This document shows positions 54,181 through 63,640 of a stretch of DNA of 64,000 nt, one piece after another. Source of the DNA: Eubacteriales bacterium. GTDB lineage: Bacteria; Bacillota; Clostridia; Oscillospirales; CAG-272. Every line of letters begins with the position of its first letter. Position 1 is the first letter of the stretch. The stretch covers positions 3,957 through 67,956 of the forward strand of contig JAZQWA010000075.1 of assembly GCA_045632065.1 (NCBI GenBank), written 5' to 3'. Both the position numbers and the translations under genes were made by a program. Under the pieces are notes generated by a model. It had not been told where the DNA came from. It saw only the letters and a program-made list of their open reading frames with translations, and made no database searches.

Positions 54181-55002
54181 TTACCAGCTTGTGCTGTCAT
54201 CCTTGTTATTTTTGTCTTTTTTCTGTCTTTGCTCGCCGTAGCTTGAGCTGTCATTACTTGCTCCGGATGCGTTATTTGTTCCTGTCTCGTTAACAAGAGG
54301 TTTTCTGTTCTTATACATCTTAATTATAAGATAAACAGCAAATCCTATAAGGACAGCAGCAAAAATTATTGTAAAGATGTCGGATGCATCGATTTTCTTA
54401 TCAAGCACGTCATCCTCATCCTCGATGACAATTACAATAGGAATGTCAGTTGCTTCGGTAAAATCTTCAAGGGCAGAGTTTATGGTCGCTTCGGTGATAG
54501 AAATCGAAGTGAGATTGGTAACGTGGGAGTCAACTCCGCTTGGTGTCTGTGATGGATTGATAAATGATGAGTCGAGATTCATATTTTCGATCTTTTCTCT
54601 CATTTTGTCAACAACGATTGCAAGGTCCTTGTCAAGCGAGTACTCGTAGTATTCCTCGTTAACGTTGTTAAGCATTGTTTCTTCAAAGGAATCTCTTCCG
54701 CCACCAAATTTTAAATTAATATTATTATGAATATTATCACCAACCCAAGCGATAGAATAATATCCATCTCGTGCCTCATTAACAAGGAACACGATGAGTA
54801 TATTATCTTCCTCTGCACCAGAGACAGCGAACTCTTTTTCATACTGCTGGTTAGCAAATTCCTGCATAACCTTCTCTTCATAGACGGTTAAGCCGCCATT
54901 TGCAACGTTGGAAATTGAGCTGCCGAGAGAGCCGAATACATTTATAATCAGGAAGACTGCAAATATGAGTATGATGATAGGAATCATCATTACACCGAAC
55001 AA
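54181..55002 (-). CDS. two-TM membrane protein with an extracytoplasmic domain; same frame as the upstream Gly/His-rich ORF
   Basis: ORF track entry with a TTG start. The nearest ATGs (54990/54987) lack a well-placed SD. The reading frame continues upstream through RPYYGYGYGGGCLGS to a single TGA at 55048-55050. Confidence 0.6.
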   Translation of the reverse strand: MFGVMMIPIIILIFAVFLIINVFGSLGSSISNVANGGLTVYEEKVMQEFANQQYEKEFAVSGAEEDNILIVFLVNEARDGYYSIAWVGDNIHNNINLKFGGGRDSFEETMLNNVNEEYYEYSLDKDLAIVVDKMREKIENMNLDSSFINPSQTPSGVDSHVTNLTSISITEATINSALEDFTEATDIPIVIVIEDEDDVLDKKIDASDIFTIIFAAVLIGFAVYLIIKMYKNRKPLVNETGTNNASGASNDSSSYGEQRQKKDKNNKDDSTSW

Positions 55003-55047
55003 ACTTCCAAGACAACCTCCGCCATATCCGTATCCATAATAAGGTCT

Positions 55048-55248
55048 TCAGAAACCAAAGAAGAAGGGCATACCGTAATGTCTGTGATGATGGTGATGAC
55101 CGTGGTGTCCGTAATGACCGCCACCAAATCCGCCACCGCGATAAGAACCACCGCCGAAGCCGCCTCCGCGACTACCGCCAAATCCGCCACTGCGGTGAGA
55201 GCCGCCGCCGAAGCCGCCACCTCTTGAGCCTCCTCCGGGTCCTGCCAT
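55048..55248 (-). CDS. 66-aa Gly/His-rich low-complexity protein, or the N-terminus of a longer interrupted gene
   Basis: AGAGAGGA RBS upstream of ATG 55248. Translation: MAGPGGGSRGGGFGGGSHRSGGFGGSRGGGFGGGSYRGGGFGGGHYGHHGHHHHHRHYGMPFFFGF*. Confidence 0.55.
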   Translation of the reverse strand: MAGPGGGSRGGGFGGGSHRSGGFGGSRGGGFGGGSYRGGGFGGGHYGHHGHHHHHRHYGMPFFFGF

Positions 55249-55353
55249 AACAATTCCTCTCTTTCGTACATTTTAATATATATTATTCTAACATAAATAT
55301 CAGGTGTTTTCAAGTATTTTCTAATTTTGTCATATATTTTTTTGAAAAGGGGG

Positions 55354-55382
55354 TTGATTTTTGTCGTTTATTATGCTATAAT
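55354..55382 (+). promoter_or_regulatory. sigma-A type promoter of the S-box/metK transcript
   Basis: TTGATT (55354-55359), 17-nt spacer, TATAAT (55377-55382). Confidence 0.6.
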
Positions 55383-55401
55383 CTTACAGAAAATTAAATA
55401 T

Positions 55402-55530
55402 TACTTATCAAGAGTGGCGGAGGGACTGGCCCTGTGAAGCCCGGCAACCTGTATTTTATATAAGGTGCTAATTCCCGATAGATGAGTTACGCTCGAGGCT
55501 CGGGAATAAGACTCCCGAGCCTTCGCTTTT
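55402..55530 (+). promoter_or_regulatory. SAM-I (S-box) riboswitch with terminator-type expression platform
   Basis: CTTATCAAGAGTGGCGGAGGGACTGGCCCTGTGAAGCCCGGCAACC...GGTGCTAATTCC matches the S-box core. It is followed by a GAGGCTCGGGA / TCCCGAGCCTT hairpin and CTTTT, directly upstream of metK. Confidence 0.9.
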
Positions 55531-55550
55531 GATAACGAAAGGACAAAAAA

Positions 55551-56732
55551 ATGAAAAAAATACTTTTTACATCTGAATCGGTAACAGAGGGACATCCCGA
55601 CAAAATCTGTGATAAAATTTCCGATGCTATTCTTGACGAAATGCTCGCTCAGGATCCCGAAAGCCGTGTTGCTTGCGAAACTTTTGCTACCACAGGTATT
55701 ATTACCGTTATGGGAGAGATTACAACAAAGGCGCGCGTTGATATTCAAAAAATAGTTCGTGACACTGTTGCTGAAATCGGTTACGACAGAGCAAAATACG
55801 GCTTTGATGCTACAACCTGCGCGGTTTTAAGCTCTATTCACGAGCAGAGCGCAGATATTGCACTCGGTGTTGACAAGTGTCTTGAGGCAAAAGAGGGCGA
55901 GCTTGGTGATGATCTTGACACAGGAGCAGGCGACCAGGGCCTTATGTTTGGATATGCTTGTGACGAAACTCCCGAGCTTATGCCGCTTCCTATTTCATTG
56001 GCGCATAAGCTTGCAAAAAGACTCACCGAGGTTAGAAAGGATGGAACACTCAGCTATCTTCGTCCTGATGGAAAGACTCAGGTTACTATCGAGTACGTTG
56101 ACGGAAAACCTGTGAGAGTTGATACGATCGTTGTATCCTCTCAGCACGCTCCCGAGATTGATTCTGCAACGATTCGTAAGGATATTATTGATAAGGTAAT
56201 TCTTCCTACAATTCCCAGTGAGCTTATCGACGGAAAGGTTAATATTTACGTTAATCCCACCGGAAGATTCGTTATTGGCGGACCTCAGGGTGATACCGGT
56301 CTTACAGGTAGAAAAATTATCGTTGATACCTACGGCGGATATTCTAGACATGGTGGCGGCGCATTCTCGGGAAAGGATCCTACAAAGGTTGACCGTAGCG
56401 CATCCTATGCAGCAAGATACGTTGCAAAGAATATTGTAAAGGCAGGTCTTGCATCAAAGTGTGAAGTGCAGATTGCTTACGCAATCGGTATTGCTAAGCC
56501 TGTATCCGTAATGGTTGATACATTTGGCACAGCAACAGTTGCAGAGGAGAAAATTGTAGATGCTGTAAATCAGCTTGTAGATCTTCGTCCCGCTGCTATT
56601 ATTAAGAAATTTGAGCTTCGCAAGCCCATCTACAAGCAGCTTTCTGCTTATGGACACATGGGTAGAGAAGAGCTTGGAGTTAAGTGGGAAGAATGCGATA
56701 TTGCAGATAAACTCGCGGAACTTTGCAAATAA
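55551..56732 (+). CDS. metK: S-adenosylmethionine synthase
   Basis: [28 protein letters not shown] and [16 protein letters not shown] motifs. Confidence 0.95.
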   Translation: MKKILFTSESVTEGHPDKICDKISDAILDEMLAQDPESRVACETFATTGIITVMGEITTKARVDIQKIVRDTVAEIGYDRAKYGFDATTCAVLSSIHEQSADIALGVDKCLEAKEGELGDDLDTGAGDQGLMFGYACDETPELMPLPISLAHKLAKRLTEVRKDGTLSYLRPDGKTQVTIEYVDGKPVRVDTIVVSSQHAPEIDSATIRKDIIDKVILPTIPSELIDGKVNIYVNPTGRFVIGGPQGDTGLTGRKIIVDTYGGYSRHGGGAFSGKDPTKVDRSASYAARYVAKNIVKAGLASKCEVQIAYAIGIAKPVSVMVDTFGTATVAEEKIVDAVNQLVDLRPAAIIKKFELRKPIYKQLSAYGHMGREELGVKWEECDIADKLAELCK

Positions 56733-56758
56733 TATTAAAATTGAAAAAAGCTAAAAAA

Positions 56759-56793
56759 AGCAAGGCAGAAAACTGATTCTGCCTTGCTTTTTA
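56759..56793. terminator. bidirectional terminator between metK and ruvB
   Basis: AGCAAGGCAGA / TCTGCCTTGCT stem flanked by A- and T-runs. Confidence 0.8.
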
Positions 56794-57873
56794 ATTATCC
56801 AAGTCAATAATCTTTTGTCCTAAAACCTGCGCTGTGCCTGATGTGGTTGTACCGAAAGGAATACCGAGATGGTCGTATGCAAGCTTGGTTACACAACGGC
56901 CTCTGGGAGTTCTGGCAAGGAAGCCAATCTGCATAAGATAGGGCTCGTAAACGTCCTCTATGGTAACAGTTTCTTCGCCAATCGTAGCAGCCAATGTGTC
57001 AAGTCCAACAGGACCGCCGGAATAGTATTTTATAATTGCTTCAAGCAATCTTCTGTCGATATTATCAAGTCCAAGCTCGTCAATTTCAAGTGCTTCAAGC
57101 GCATATTTTGCAATCTCGGACGTTACAGTTCCGTTACCTTTGACAAGCGCAAAGTCACGCACTCGCTTCAAAAGCCTGTTGGCGATACGGGGAGTTCCTC
57201 TTGAACGTGAAGCGATACTGTAAGCGCCCTCTTCTGTGATGGCAATGTCGAGAATGCTTGCAGAGCGTTTAACGATTGTTGCAAGCTCCTCGGGACTGTA
57301 AAGCTCAAGCTTTAATAGTACGCCGAATCTGTCACGCAAAGGAGTAGTAAGCTGACCTGCGCGTGTAGTTGCTCCGATAAGCGTAAACTTTGGAATAGGC
57401 ATGTGGATTGTTCTTGCGCTGGGGCCTTTACCTATGATGATATCAATTGCATAGTCCTCCATTGCAGGGTAGAGAATTTCTTCTGCAACCTTTGAAAGAC
57501 GGTGTATTTCGTCAATAAAAAGAACGTCTCCGGGGCCAAGATTTGTTAATATTGCAGCCAAATCTCCAGCCTTCTCAATAGCAGGACCTGAGGTTGTTCT
57601 GATATTAACGCCCATCTCGTTGGCGATTATTGCGGAAAGGGTAGTTTTACCGAGTCCGGGGGGGCCGTAGAGCAAAACATGGTCAAGCGCTTCAGAGCGA
57701 AGCTTGGCGCTCTCGATATATACCTTCAAATTGGATTTTGCTTTTTCCTGGCCTATGTATTCGTCGAGAGTTTTAGGACGCAGACAGTTCTCAACCTCTC
57801 CGTCCTCGATAGAGTCGTATTCGTTTGAAACAATTCGATTTTCAAAGTCGAATTCGTTGATTTCTTCCATCAT
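56791..57873 (-). CDS. ruvB: Holliday junction branch migration helicase RuvB
   Basis: [12 protein letters not shown], Walker [10 protein letters not shown], Walker B FIDEIHR, and sensor ATTRAG. Confidence 0.95.
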   Translation of the reverse strand: MMEEINEFDFENRIVSNEYDSIEDGEVENCLRPKTLDEYIGQEKAKSNLKVYIESAKLRSEALDHVLLYGPPGLGKTTLSAIIANEMGVNIRTTSGPAIEKAGDLAAILTNLGPGDVLFIDEIHRLSKVAEEILYPAMEDYAIDIIIGKGPSARTIHMPIPKFTLIGATTRAGQLTTPLRDRFGVLLKLELYSPEELATIVKRSASILDIAITEEGAYSIASRSRGTPRIANRLLKRVRDFALVKGNGTVTSEIAKYALEALEIDELGLDNIDRRLLEAIIKYYSGGPVGLDTLAATIGEETVTIEDVYEPYLMQIGFLARTPRGRCVTKLAYDHLGIPFGTTTSGTAQVLGQKIIDLDN

Positions 57874-57897
57874 AATATATATGAGTTCCTTTCAAGC

Positions 57898-58512
57898 TTA
57901 TCTTGCAAGCTTCTTCAGCGCTAACTTGATGATTTCACCAACATCCTGTACAGAAGGGTCAATTCCTTTAAGCGCATTTAATACGGTATTTTTGTCATAG
58001 CCGAGAACGGTAAGCGCTTCTGCAGCCTCGGAAAGTGAAGAATTGGAAACAAAAGTCGGGGCAGAATCCTGTGATACCTTTGATAATGTTGTATCTGCAA
58101 AGAATTCCTTTGACATCTTATCCTTCAGCTCGAGAACGATTCTTGCAGCTGACTTTGCTCCTATACCGGGTGATTTTGCGATTGCCTTGGTGTCCTCTGT
58201 GCATATTGCAACGGCAAGCTTTTCGGGGGTAAGGGTTGATAAAATGCTCATGGCAGCTTTGGGACCTACACCGCTGACGGAAATAAGCTTGTTAAAGCAC
58301 TCCTTTTCTTCGTAAGAACCGAATCCAAACAGCTCGATGCCGTCCTCTCTTACTGCAAGATGAGTAAATAATTTTACCTGCTTGCCAAGCTTGGACAAAA
58401 GCGCCTCGGAGGTTATAAAGCTAATCGTTAATTTGTAACCGACACCTCCGCAGTCTATAACTGCCGTGGATAAGTCTCTATATGCAAGCTCGCCTGATAA
58501 ATAGTAAAACAT
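57898..58512 (-). CDS. ruvA: Holliday junction DNA-binding protein RuvA
   Basis: MFYYLSGEL...V.DCGGVGY.L OB-fold start and HhH motifs (SVSGVGPKAAMSIL, KSPGIGAKSAARI). Confidence 0.9.
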   Translation of the reverse strand: MFYYLSGELAYRDLSTAVIDCGGVGYKLTISFITSEALLSKLGKQVKLFTHLAVREDGIELFGFGSYEEKECFNKLISVSGVGPKAAMSILSTLTPEKLAVAICTEDTKAIAKSPGIGAKSAARIVLELKDKMSKEFFADTTLSKVSQDSAPTFVSNSSLSEAAEALTVLGYDKNTVLNALKGIDPSVQDVGEIIKLALKKLAR

Positions 58513-58538
58513 AGGGGCTCCTTTTTAAACGTAATTTA

Positions 58539-58997
58539 TTATTTGTAAATTGATTTGTACTCTTGTTTTTGCTTTTTTTGTGAATTGTTTTTATTGCTTC
58601 TTGACTCAATAAAATAGTCACCTTTTTGGGTCAATTTCTTTAAAATGTAAACAATAGCAAACATTACCGCGTAAAATAGCGTGAAAATTATGATTGATGA
58701 GAATACAGCGCCTGCGCTTTTTAACGAAATTTTACCCATTATAACAAACACAATGCAGAAGACTGTGAGAAGAACAGAGTAATGAATTCCAATACGGAAT
58801 ATAAAACGCAATTTTTCCACAGATAAGACAAGGTCGGTTAATGAAATTATCAATCCAAACAAGTAAAATACGGCAAACGTACCAAAATCTATGTATGCTG
58901 CGGTAAACTTGCCAACAAGCGCAAAGGTATAAAACAGAGCGAGTGTAAGCACTGTATAAGAGCAGGATTTCAGTAGTATTTTTTCTAATTTTCTCAT
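58539..58997 (-). CDS. four-TM membrane protein (152 aa)
   Basis: ORF 58539..59123. ATG 58997 (MRKLEKILLK) lies 9 nt after AAAGGAG. Lys/Gln-rich C-terminal tail. Confidence 0.55.
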   Translation of the reverse strand: MRKLEKILLKSCSYTVLTLALFYTFALVGKFTAAYIDFGTFAVFYLFGLIISLTDLVLSVEKLRFIFRIGIHYSVLLTVFCIVFVIMGKISLKSAGAVFSSIIIFTLFYAVMFAIVYILKKLTQKGDYFIESRSNKNNSQKKQKQEYKSIYK

Positions 58998-59148
58998 AGA
59001 ATAATGCTCCTTTTTGAGCTTTTTATATTCGTTCATTATATCATACCATAAAAAACTGCTTTTTTCAAGTCGTAATTTCAAAATAACAGATTTTTTGAAT
59101 AGGAATGAATAAAAATTCATCAATATACAAAATATTCATATAAACCGC

Positions 59149-59177
59149 TTGACTTTTAAATTATTAAATAGTATAAT
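59149..59177 (+). promoter_or_regulatory. sigma-A type promoter of nusB
   Basis: TTGACT (59149-59154), 17-nt spacer, TATAAT (59172-59177). Confidence 0.55.
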
Positions 59178-59211
59178 TATAATAATTTATTTACAATGCG
59201 AGGGTTTTATA

Positions 59212-59616
59212 ATGCAAAGAAAAATTGCCAGAGAAAATGCATTTATTCTTATTTACGAGAGCGTTTTCAAAAAGGATGATGAGCCACAGGAAATTTTTGA
59301 TTTGGCTACTGCATATCGTGAGCTTGAGTCTGATGATTACGTAAGAGCTGTATTCTTCGGTTCTTGTGAAAATTTCGCTGCAATCGATGAGGCTGTAGAA
59401 AAGAACTCAACAGGCTGGAAAAAGGAGAGAATTTCTCCTGTTTCCATGGCTATACTGCGACTTGCTTGCTATGAAATTATGTTTATGGATGATATTCCTG
59501 CAAGAGTTACTATCAATGAGGCTATTGAGCTCTCAAAGAAGTATGACGATGAAAAGTCATACAGCTTTGTTAACGGTGTTCTTAACGCAGTAGCTGACGA
59601 AAACGGCAGAAAATGA
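59212..59616 (+). CDS. nusB: transcription antitermination factor NusB
   Basis: MQRKIARENAFILIYE start and the FVNGVLN C-terminal motif. ATG 59212 is preceded by GCGAGGG. Confidence 0.9.
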   Translation: MQRKIARENAFILIYESVFKKDDEPQEIFDLATAYRELESDDYVRAVFFGSCENFAAIDEAVEKNSTGWKKERISPVSMAILRLACYEIMFMDDIPARVTINEAIELSKKYDDEKSYSFVNGVLNAVADENGRK

Positions 59617-60569
59617 TAAAGGAAAAGATAGTTATCGGCATAGATACAAGTAATTATACCACCTCGGTGGCGCTGATGGCGCTGGATGGCGGTTTAATAG
59701 CCAACGAGAAGCATCTTTTGACTGTAAAGCCAGGCGAACGCGGTTTGCGTCAATCTGATGCGCTCTTTAGTCACACTGTAAATCTGCCGATGACAATGAA
59801 GAGTATTGAGCCTTTAATCAAGGATAGGGAAATTGTTGCGGTGGGCGTAAGCTCTCGTCCCAGAAATCAAGATGGGTCATATATGCCGTGCTTTTTAGCA
59901 GGAATGTCTGTTGCGCAGGGCATTTCGACGGCGCTTGGAGCTCCTTTGTATCAATTTTCTCACCAATGTGGTCATATTATGGCTGTGGTGTATTCAAGCG
60001 GAAGCTGGGAGCTTCTTGACGGTGAGTTTGCCGCATTTCATATTTCCGGAGGCACTACCGAGCTTGTAAAGGTAAAAAAATCCGGTAATGGCTTTATTGC
60101 CGATATTATCGGTGAAACGGCTGACCTTAACGCAGGACAGGTGATTGATCGTGTCGGCGTATATTTGGGATTGCCGTTTCCTGCAGGCCCCTCGGTTGAG
60201 AGAGAGGCGCTGAAAAACACAAAGCCTGTTCCCCAAAAGAAGATTTCCATTAAGGATATGCGCCTTAATCTTTCCGGGCTTGAAAATATGGCAGTCAAGC
60301 TTTATGATGAGACTGGGGATAAGCCGCTTGTTTGCGCCTTTGTTCTTGATTATATAGGCAGAGCAATTGCAAAATTGATGGAAGAATACGAGAATATTTA
60401 TGGAAAAAGCCGTTTTGTATGCGCAGGCGGCGTAATGAGTAATTTAATTATTAAAAAAATGCTTTCGGAAAGCTATGACGTATGCTTTGCAGAGCCTGCA
60501 TTGTCCTCGGATAATGCGGTAGGCATTGCAGCGTTAGCCCTGAGAGAGTATAAATCGGAGATAAAATGA
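59613..60569 (+). CDS. Kae1/TsaD-like (peptidase M22 / ASKHA fold) protein
   Basis: GIDTSNYTTSVAL start, HxxxH pair in SHQCGHI, and FHISGGTTEL. ATGA overlaps with both nusB and xseA. Confidence 0.7.
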   Translation: MIKEKIVIGIDTSNYTTSVALMALDGGLIANEKHLLTVKPGERGLRQSDALFSHTVNLPMTMKSIEPLIKDREIVAVGVSSRPRNQDGSYMPCFLAGMSVAQGISTALGAPLYQFSHQCGHIMAVVYSSGSWELLDGEFAAFHISGGTTELVKVKKSGNGFIADIIGETADLNAGQVIDRVGVYLGLPFPAGPSVEREALKNTKPVPQKKISIKDMRLNLSGLENMAVKLYDETGDKPLVCAFVLDYIGRAIAKLMEEYENIYGKSRFVCAGGVMSNLIIKKMLSESYDVCFAEPALSSDNAVGIAALALREYKSEIK

Positions 60570-61795
60570 TAGATATCAGCTCGCTTCGTGAACGTGAAAA
60601 TGCCAATGCATTTACGGTTTCGGACTTGAATAATTTTATAAAAAATATTTTTGAGACAAACCGTACCTTGTCATCGGTAACGGTTCGGGGTGAGATTTCT
60701 AATTTCACAAATCACAGAAGCGGTCATCTGTATTTTTCGCTAAAGGATGAGGACGGGCAGATAAGAGCCGTCATGTTCCGTTCCAAAGCGCAAACGCTGA
60801 AATTTATGCCTGAATCGGGTATGAAGGTTGTTGTTCACGGGTCGGTGACCGTATATCCGCGTGATGGCTCATATCAGATTTACGTTTCGTCAATGCAGCC
60901 CGATGGAATAGGCGCGCTATATCTTGCTTATGAGCAATTAAAGGAGCGGCTTGCTAATGAAGGTCTTTTTGATGCAGAGCATAAGCTTCCTTTGCCTGCC
61001 TATCCGAGAAGAATCGGAGTTATAACCTCACCGACAGGCGCGGCGATACGTGACATAATCAACGTAAGCGGCAGAAGATACCCCAATGCTGACCTTTATA
61101 TTTATCCTGCATTAGTTCAGGGAGCAGGAGCAGAGGAGAGCTTGATTTCTGCCTTGGATTATCTTGACAAAAGTCGGATCTGCGATGTTATTATCATCGG
61201 CAGAGGAGGCGGCTCTATTGAGGATTTATGGGCGTTTAACAGCGAGGCGCTTGCCAGACGTATTTATTCTGCAACAACACCTGTTATTTCTGCGGTTGGA
61301 CATGAAACCGACTTTACAATATGCGATTTTGTTGCCGACATGAGGGCGCCAACACCCTCTGCTGCTGCCGAGATTGCCGTTCCAGATAAGCGTGACTTGT
61401 TGATGCGGATTGATTCGTATAACGAGAGATTGGTAAAGGGACTTGAAAGAAAGGTTGAGCGTGCCTCTGAGAAGCTTCGTCATCTTGAGCAAAGAGTTGA
61501 TAAGCGGGTACTGATTGAACGCATAAATGCTTTGCGTGAGAGCGCTCGAGTATACGTAGATAAATCATCTGTTTTAGTTAATAATAAAATTGCAATTTTG
61601 CGTGAGAATCTTGGTAAAAATGCAGGTAAAGCGAATGCTTTGAGTCCGCTTGCAACCCTTGACAGAGGATATTCTATTGCGCAAAATCAATCAGGCAAAA
61701 TTATTAAAAGCGCATCCAAGCTAAAGCCTGGCGACAGCTTCAAATTAACCCTGTCAGACGGAATAGTAGAGGGAAGCGTTACTCATGTTAATTAA
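60566..61795 (+). CDS. xseA: exodeoxyribonuclease VII large subunit
   Basis: FTVSDLNNFIKNIFE...VRGEISNF..HRSGHLYFSLKD OB-fold start and GRGGGSIEDLW.FN motif. Confidence 0.9.
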   Translation: MIDISSLRERENANAFTVSDLNNFIKNIFETNRTLSSVTVRGEISNFTNHRSGHLYFSLKDEDGQIRAVMFRSKAQTLKFMPESGMKVVVHGSVTVYPRDGSYQIYVSSMQPDGIGALYLAYEQLKERLANEGLFDAEHKLPLPAYPRRIGVITSPTGAAIRDIINVSGRRYPNADLYIYPALVQGAGAEESLISALDYLDKSRICDVIIIGRGGGSIEDLWAFNSEALARRIYSATTPVISAVGHETDFTICDFVADMRAPTPSAAAEIAVPDKRDLLMRIDSYNERLVKGLERKVERASEKLRHLEQRVDKRVLIERINALRESARVYVDKSSVLVNNKIAILRENLGKNAGKANALSPLATLDRGYSIAQNQSGKIIKSASKLKPGDSFKLTLSDGIVEGSVTHVN

Positions 61796-61807
61796 GGAGA
61801 TTTAACC

Positions 61808-62041
61808 TTGGAAAAGATAAATTTTGAAGAAGCAATTTGCAAGCTTGAGGACGAGGTAAGAAAGCTTGAGAGCGGCAACATGTCGCTTGAGGATTCGATA
61901 AAGTCCTTTGAAGAGTCAGTAAAGCTTGTAAGAACCTGCAACGAGATACTCGACAGCGCCGAAAGACGTGTTCGTATTCTTGTTGAGGCAGAGGACGGTA
62001 CAATCAGCGATGCTCCCTTTGGTGAGATAGATGAGGCTTGA
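61808..62041 (+). CDS. xseB: exodeoxyribonuclease VII small subunit
   Basis: TTG start 8 nt after AAGGAG. FEEAI.KLE..V.KLESG..SLE.S...FE.. is the XseB pattern. Confidence 0.85.
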   Translation: MEKINFEEAICKLEDEVRKLESGNMSLEDSIKSFEESVKLVRTCNEILDSAERRVRILVEAEDGTISDAPFGEIDEA

Positions 62042-62768
62042 CGTTTTTTTAAGCGATAACGGCTTAGTTGAGAGTAGAACAGATGCGAAAAAGTTTATTC
62101 TCGGCGGTTTTGTCAGCGTAAATGGCAAAGTTATATCCAAGCCTGCCTTTGAGGTTGTCGGAGACGAGGATATTTTCGTTGATAAAAGCTCGAAAAAATA
62201 CGTTAGCCGCGGCGGTCTCAAGCTTGAGGCTGCGCTTGATGAGTTTTCTGTTGACCCTTCGGGTAGAGTAGCCATTGATATCGGAGCATCAAGCGGCGGT
62301 TTTACCGATTGCTTGCTTAAGCGTGGCGCTGACAAGGTGTATGCGGTTGATTCGGGAGTCGGACAAATTGCAGCTCATCTTCGCTCTGATGCACGAGTTC
62401 ATGTTTTTGAAAATTATAATGCAAGATATATGGAGTCATCTCACTTTGAAATCCAGCCAACTCTTGCGGTTATGGACGTATCGTTTATTTCCGCTACGTT
62501 GATTATTCCTGCGATTAAAAGCGTATTGGCGAGTGGCGGAGATTTTATATGTCTTATCAAGCCTCAGTTTGAGGTAGGAAAATGCGGTCTAGGCAAGGGC
62601 GGAATCGTAAAAGACGTTTCTCTGAGAAAAAAGGCGGTAGAGAAGGTTTTGGAGTCTGCATCAGCCTGTGGGTTTGACGTCGTTAAGGTTATTGAATCGC
62701 CTATTGTCGGAGGCTCGGGTAACATAGAATACTTAGCTCATTTCGTTAGTAAGGATGATAGCTTATGA
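62031..62768 (+). CDS. tlyA: TlyA family rRNA 2'-O-methyltransferase
   Basis: S4-like N-terminus MRLDVFL...G...SR..AK..I..G.V.VNG, FtsJ-type DIGASSGGFTDCLL, and YVSRGG.KL. Confidence 0.85.
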   Translation: MRLDVFLSDNGLVESRTDAKKFILGGFVSVNGKVISKPAFEVVGDEDIFVDKSSKKYVSRGGLKLEAALDEFSVDPSGRVAIDIGASSGGFTDCLLKRGADKVYAVDSGVGQIAAHLRSDARVHVFENYNARYMESSHFEIQPTLAVMDVSFISATLIIPAIKSVLASGGDFICLIKPQFEVGKCGLGKGGIVKDVSLRKKAVEKVLESASACGFDVVKVIESPIVGGSGNIEYLAHFVSKDDSL

Positions 62769-63622
62769 AAAAGGCAATATTGCTCCCAAATCCAATAAAA
62801 GATATAGAATTTAATGTCACCAATTCGGTTGCTCAAAAGCTTGTTTTGCTTGGTATTATTCCTTACATAGATTCTGAATACAGAGCTTGTACCGTTGAAG
62901 GCGTAATTTTTTATAACGAGCTTCCAACTGATGCGGAATTGATTATTGTAATTGGCGGTGATGGATCTATGATTGAGGCATCTCGTGTGTCGTTGATGCT
63001 TGATTTGCCTCTTCTTGGTATAAATATGGGAAAGGTCGGATATCTTGCCGAGGTGGAGCCCGATAATCTGGACGCTCTGGCGGCTCTTGTTAGCGGAGAA
63101 TATAAAATTGATGAAAAAATGCTTCTCTCTACCGAAAAAATTGATGCCGACGGCAATATAAGTCCACTTGAGCACCTCGCGGTAAACGATGTTGTATTGT
63201 CTCATGAAGGTTTTCTTGGTATATGCGATTTTAAGGTTATGAGCGATAAAGGGGACCACGTTCATTATCGCGCAGACGCAGTTATAATTTCAACTCCGGC
63301 AGGCTCAACAGCCTATTCGCTTTCAGCAGGAGGACCGATTATTTCTCATGACCTTGACGCGATTATGGTTAACCCTGTTTGCCCACATTCCTTCTTTAAT
63401 AGGGCAATCGTATATAATCCTGATGCGCGCATCACAATCACAAACACGGGTGAGGGTGCTCTGAATTTGAGCATCGACGGCAGATTTTACGATAGAATTT
63501 TTGCTGGCGAGACCTGTGTTGTTTACCGTAGCGATAGCAGAATTAAAATAATGAGTCTGTCTTCGAGTAATTTGTTTTCAACTCTCTCGAAGAAAATCAG
63601 ACTTCTTCGAGATTTTGAATAA
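62765..63622 (+). CDS. nadK: NAD kinase
   Basis: GGDGSMI motif, NDVV and STPAGSTAYSLSAGGP segments. ATGA overlap with tlyA. Confidence 0.9.
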   Translation: MKKAILLPNPIKDIEFNVTNSVAQKLVLLGIIPYIDSEYRACTVEGVIFYNELPTDAELIIVIGGDGSMIEASRVSLMLDLPLLGINMGKVGYLAEVEPDNLDALAALVSGEYKIDEKMLLSTEKIDADGNISPLEHLAVNDVVLSHEGFLGICDFKVMSDKGDHVHYRADAVIISTPAGSTAYSLSAGGPIISHDLDAIMVNPVCPHSFFNRAIVYNPDARITITNTGEGALNLSIDGRFYDRIFAGETCVVYRSDSRIKIMSLSSSNLFSTLSKKIRLLRDFE

Positions 63623-63640
63623 AAGATAAGGGGATATGAA

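Noticed and set aside
55048-55050. Genome-wide reassignment of TGA (for example to Gly, which would fit the Gly-rich context).
   Set aside because: TGA terminates clearly complete genes elsewhere in the window: ecfA2 at 14826-14828, the acyltransferase at 36272-36274, and the methyltransferase at 44416-44418. The gene content is typical of a standard-code Firmicute.
55401-55748. A 115-aa minus-strand ORF overlapping the metK leader and 5' end.
   Set aside because: It is antisense to a textbook SAM-I riboswitch and the metK start, and it has no RBS.
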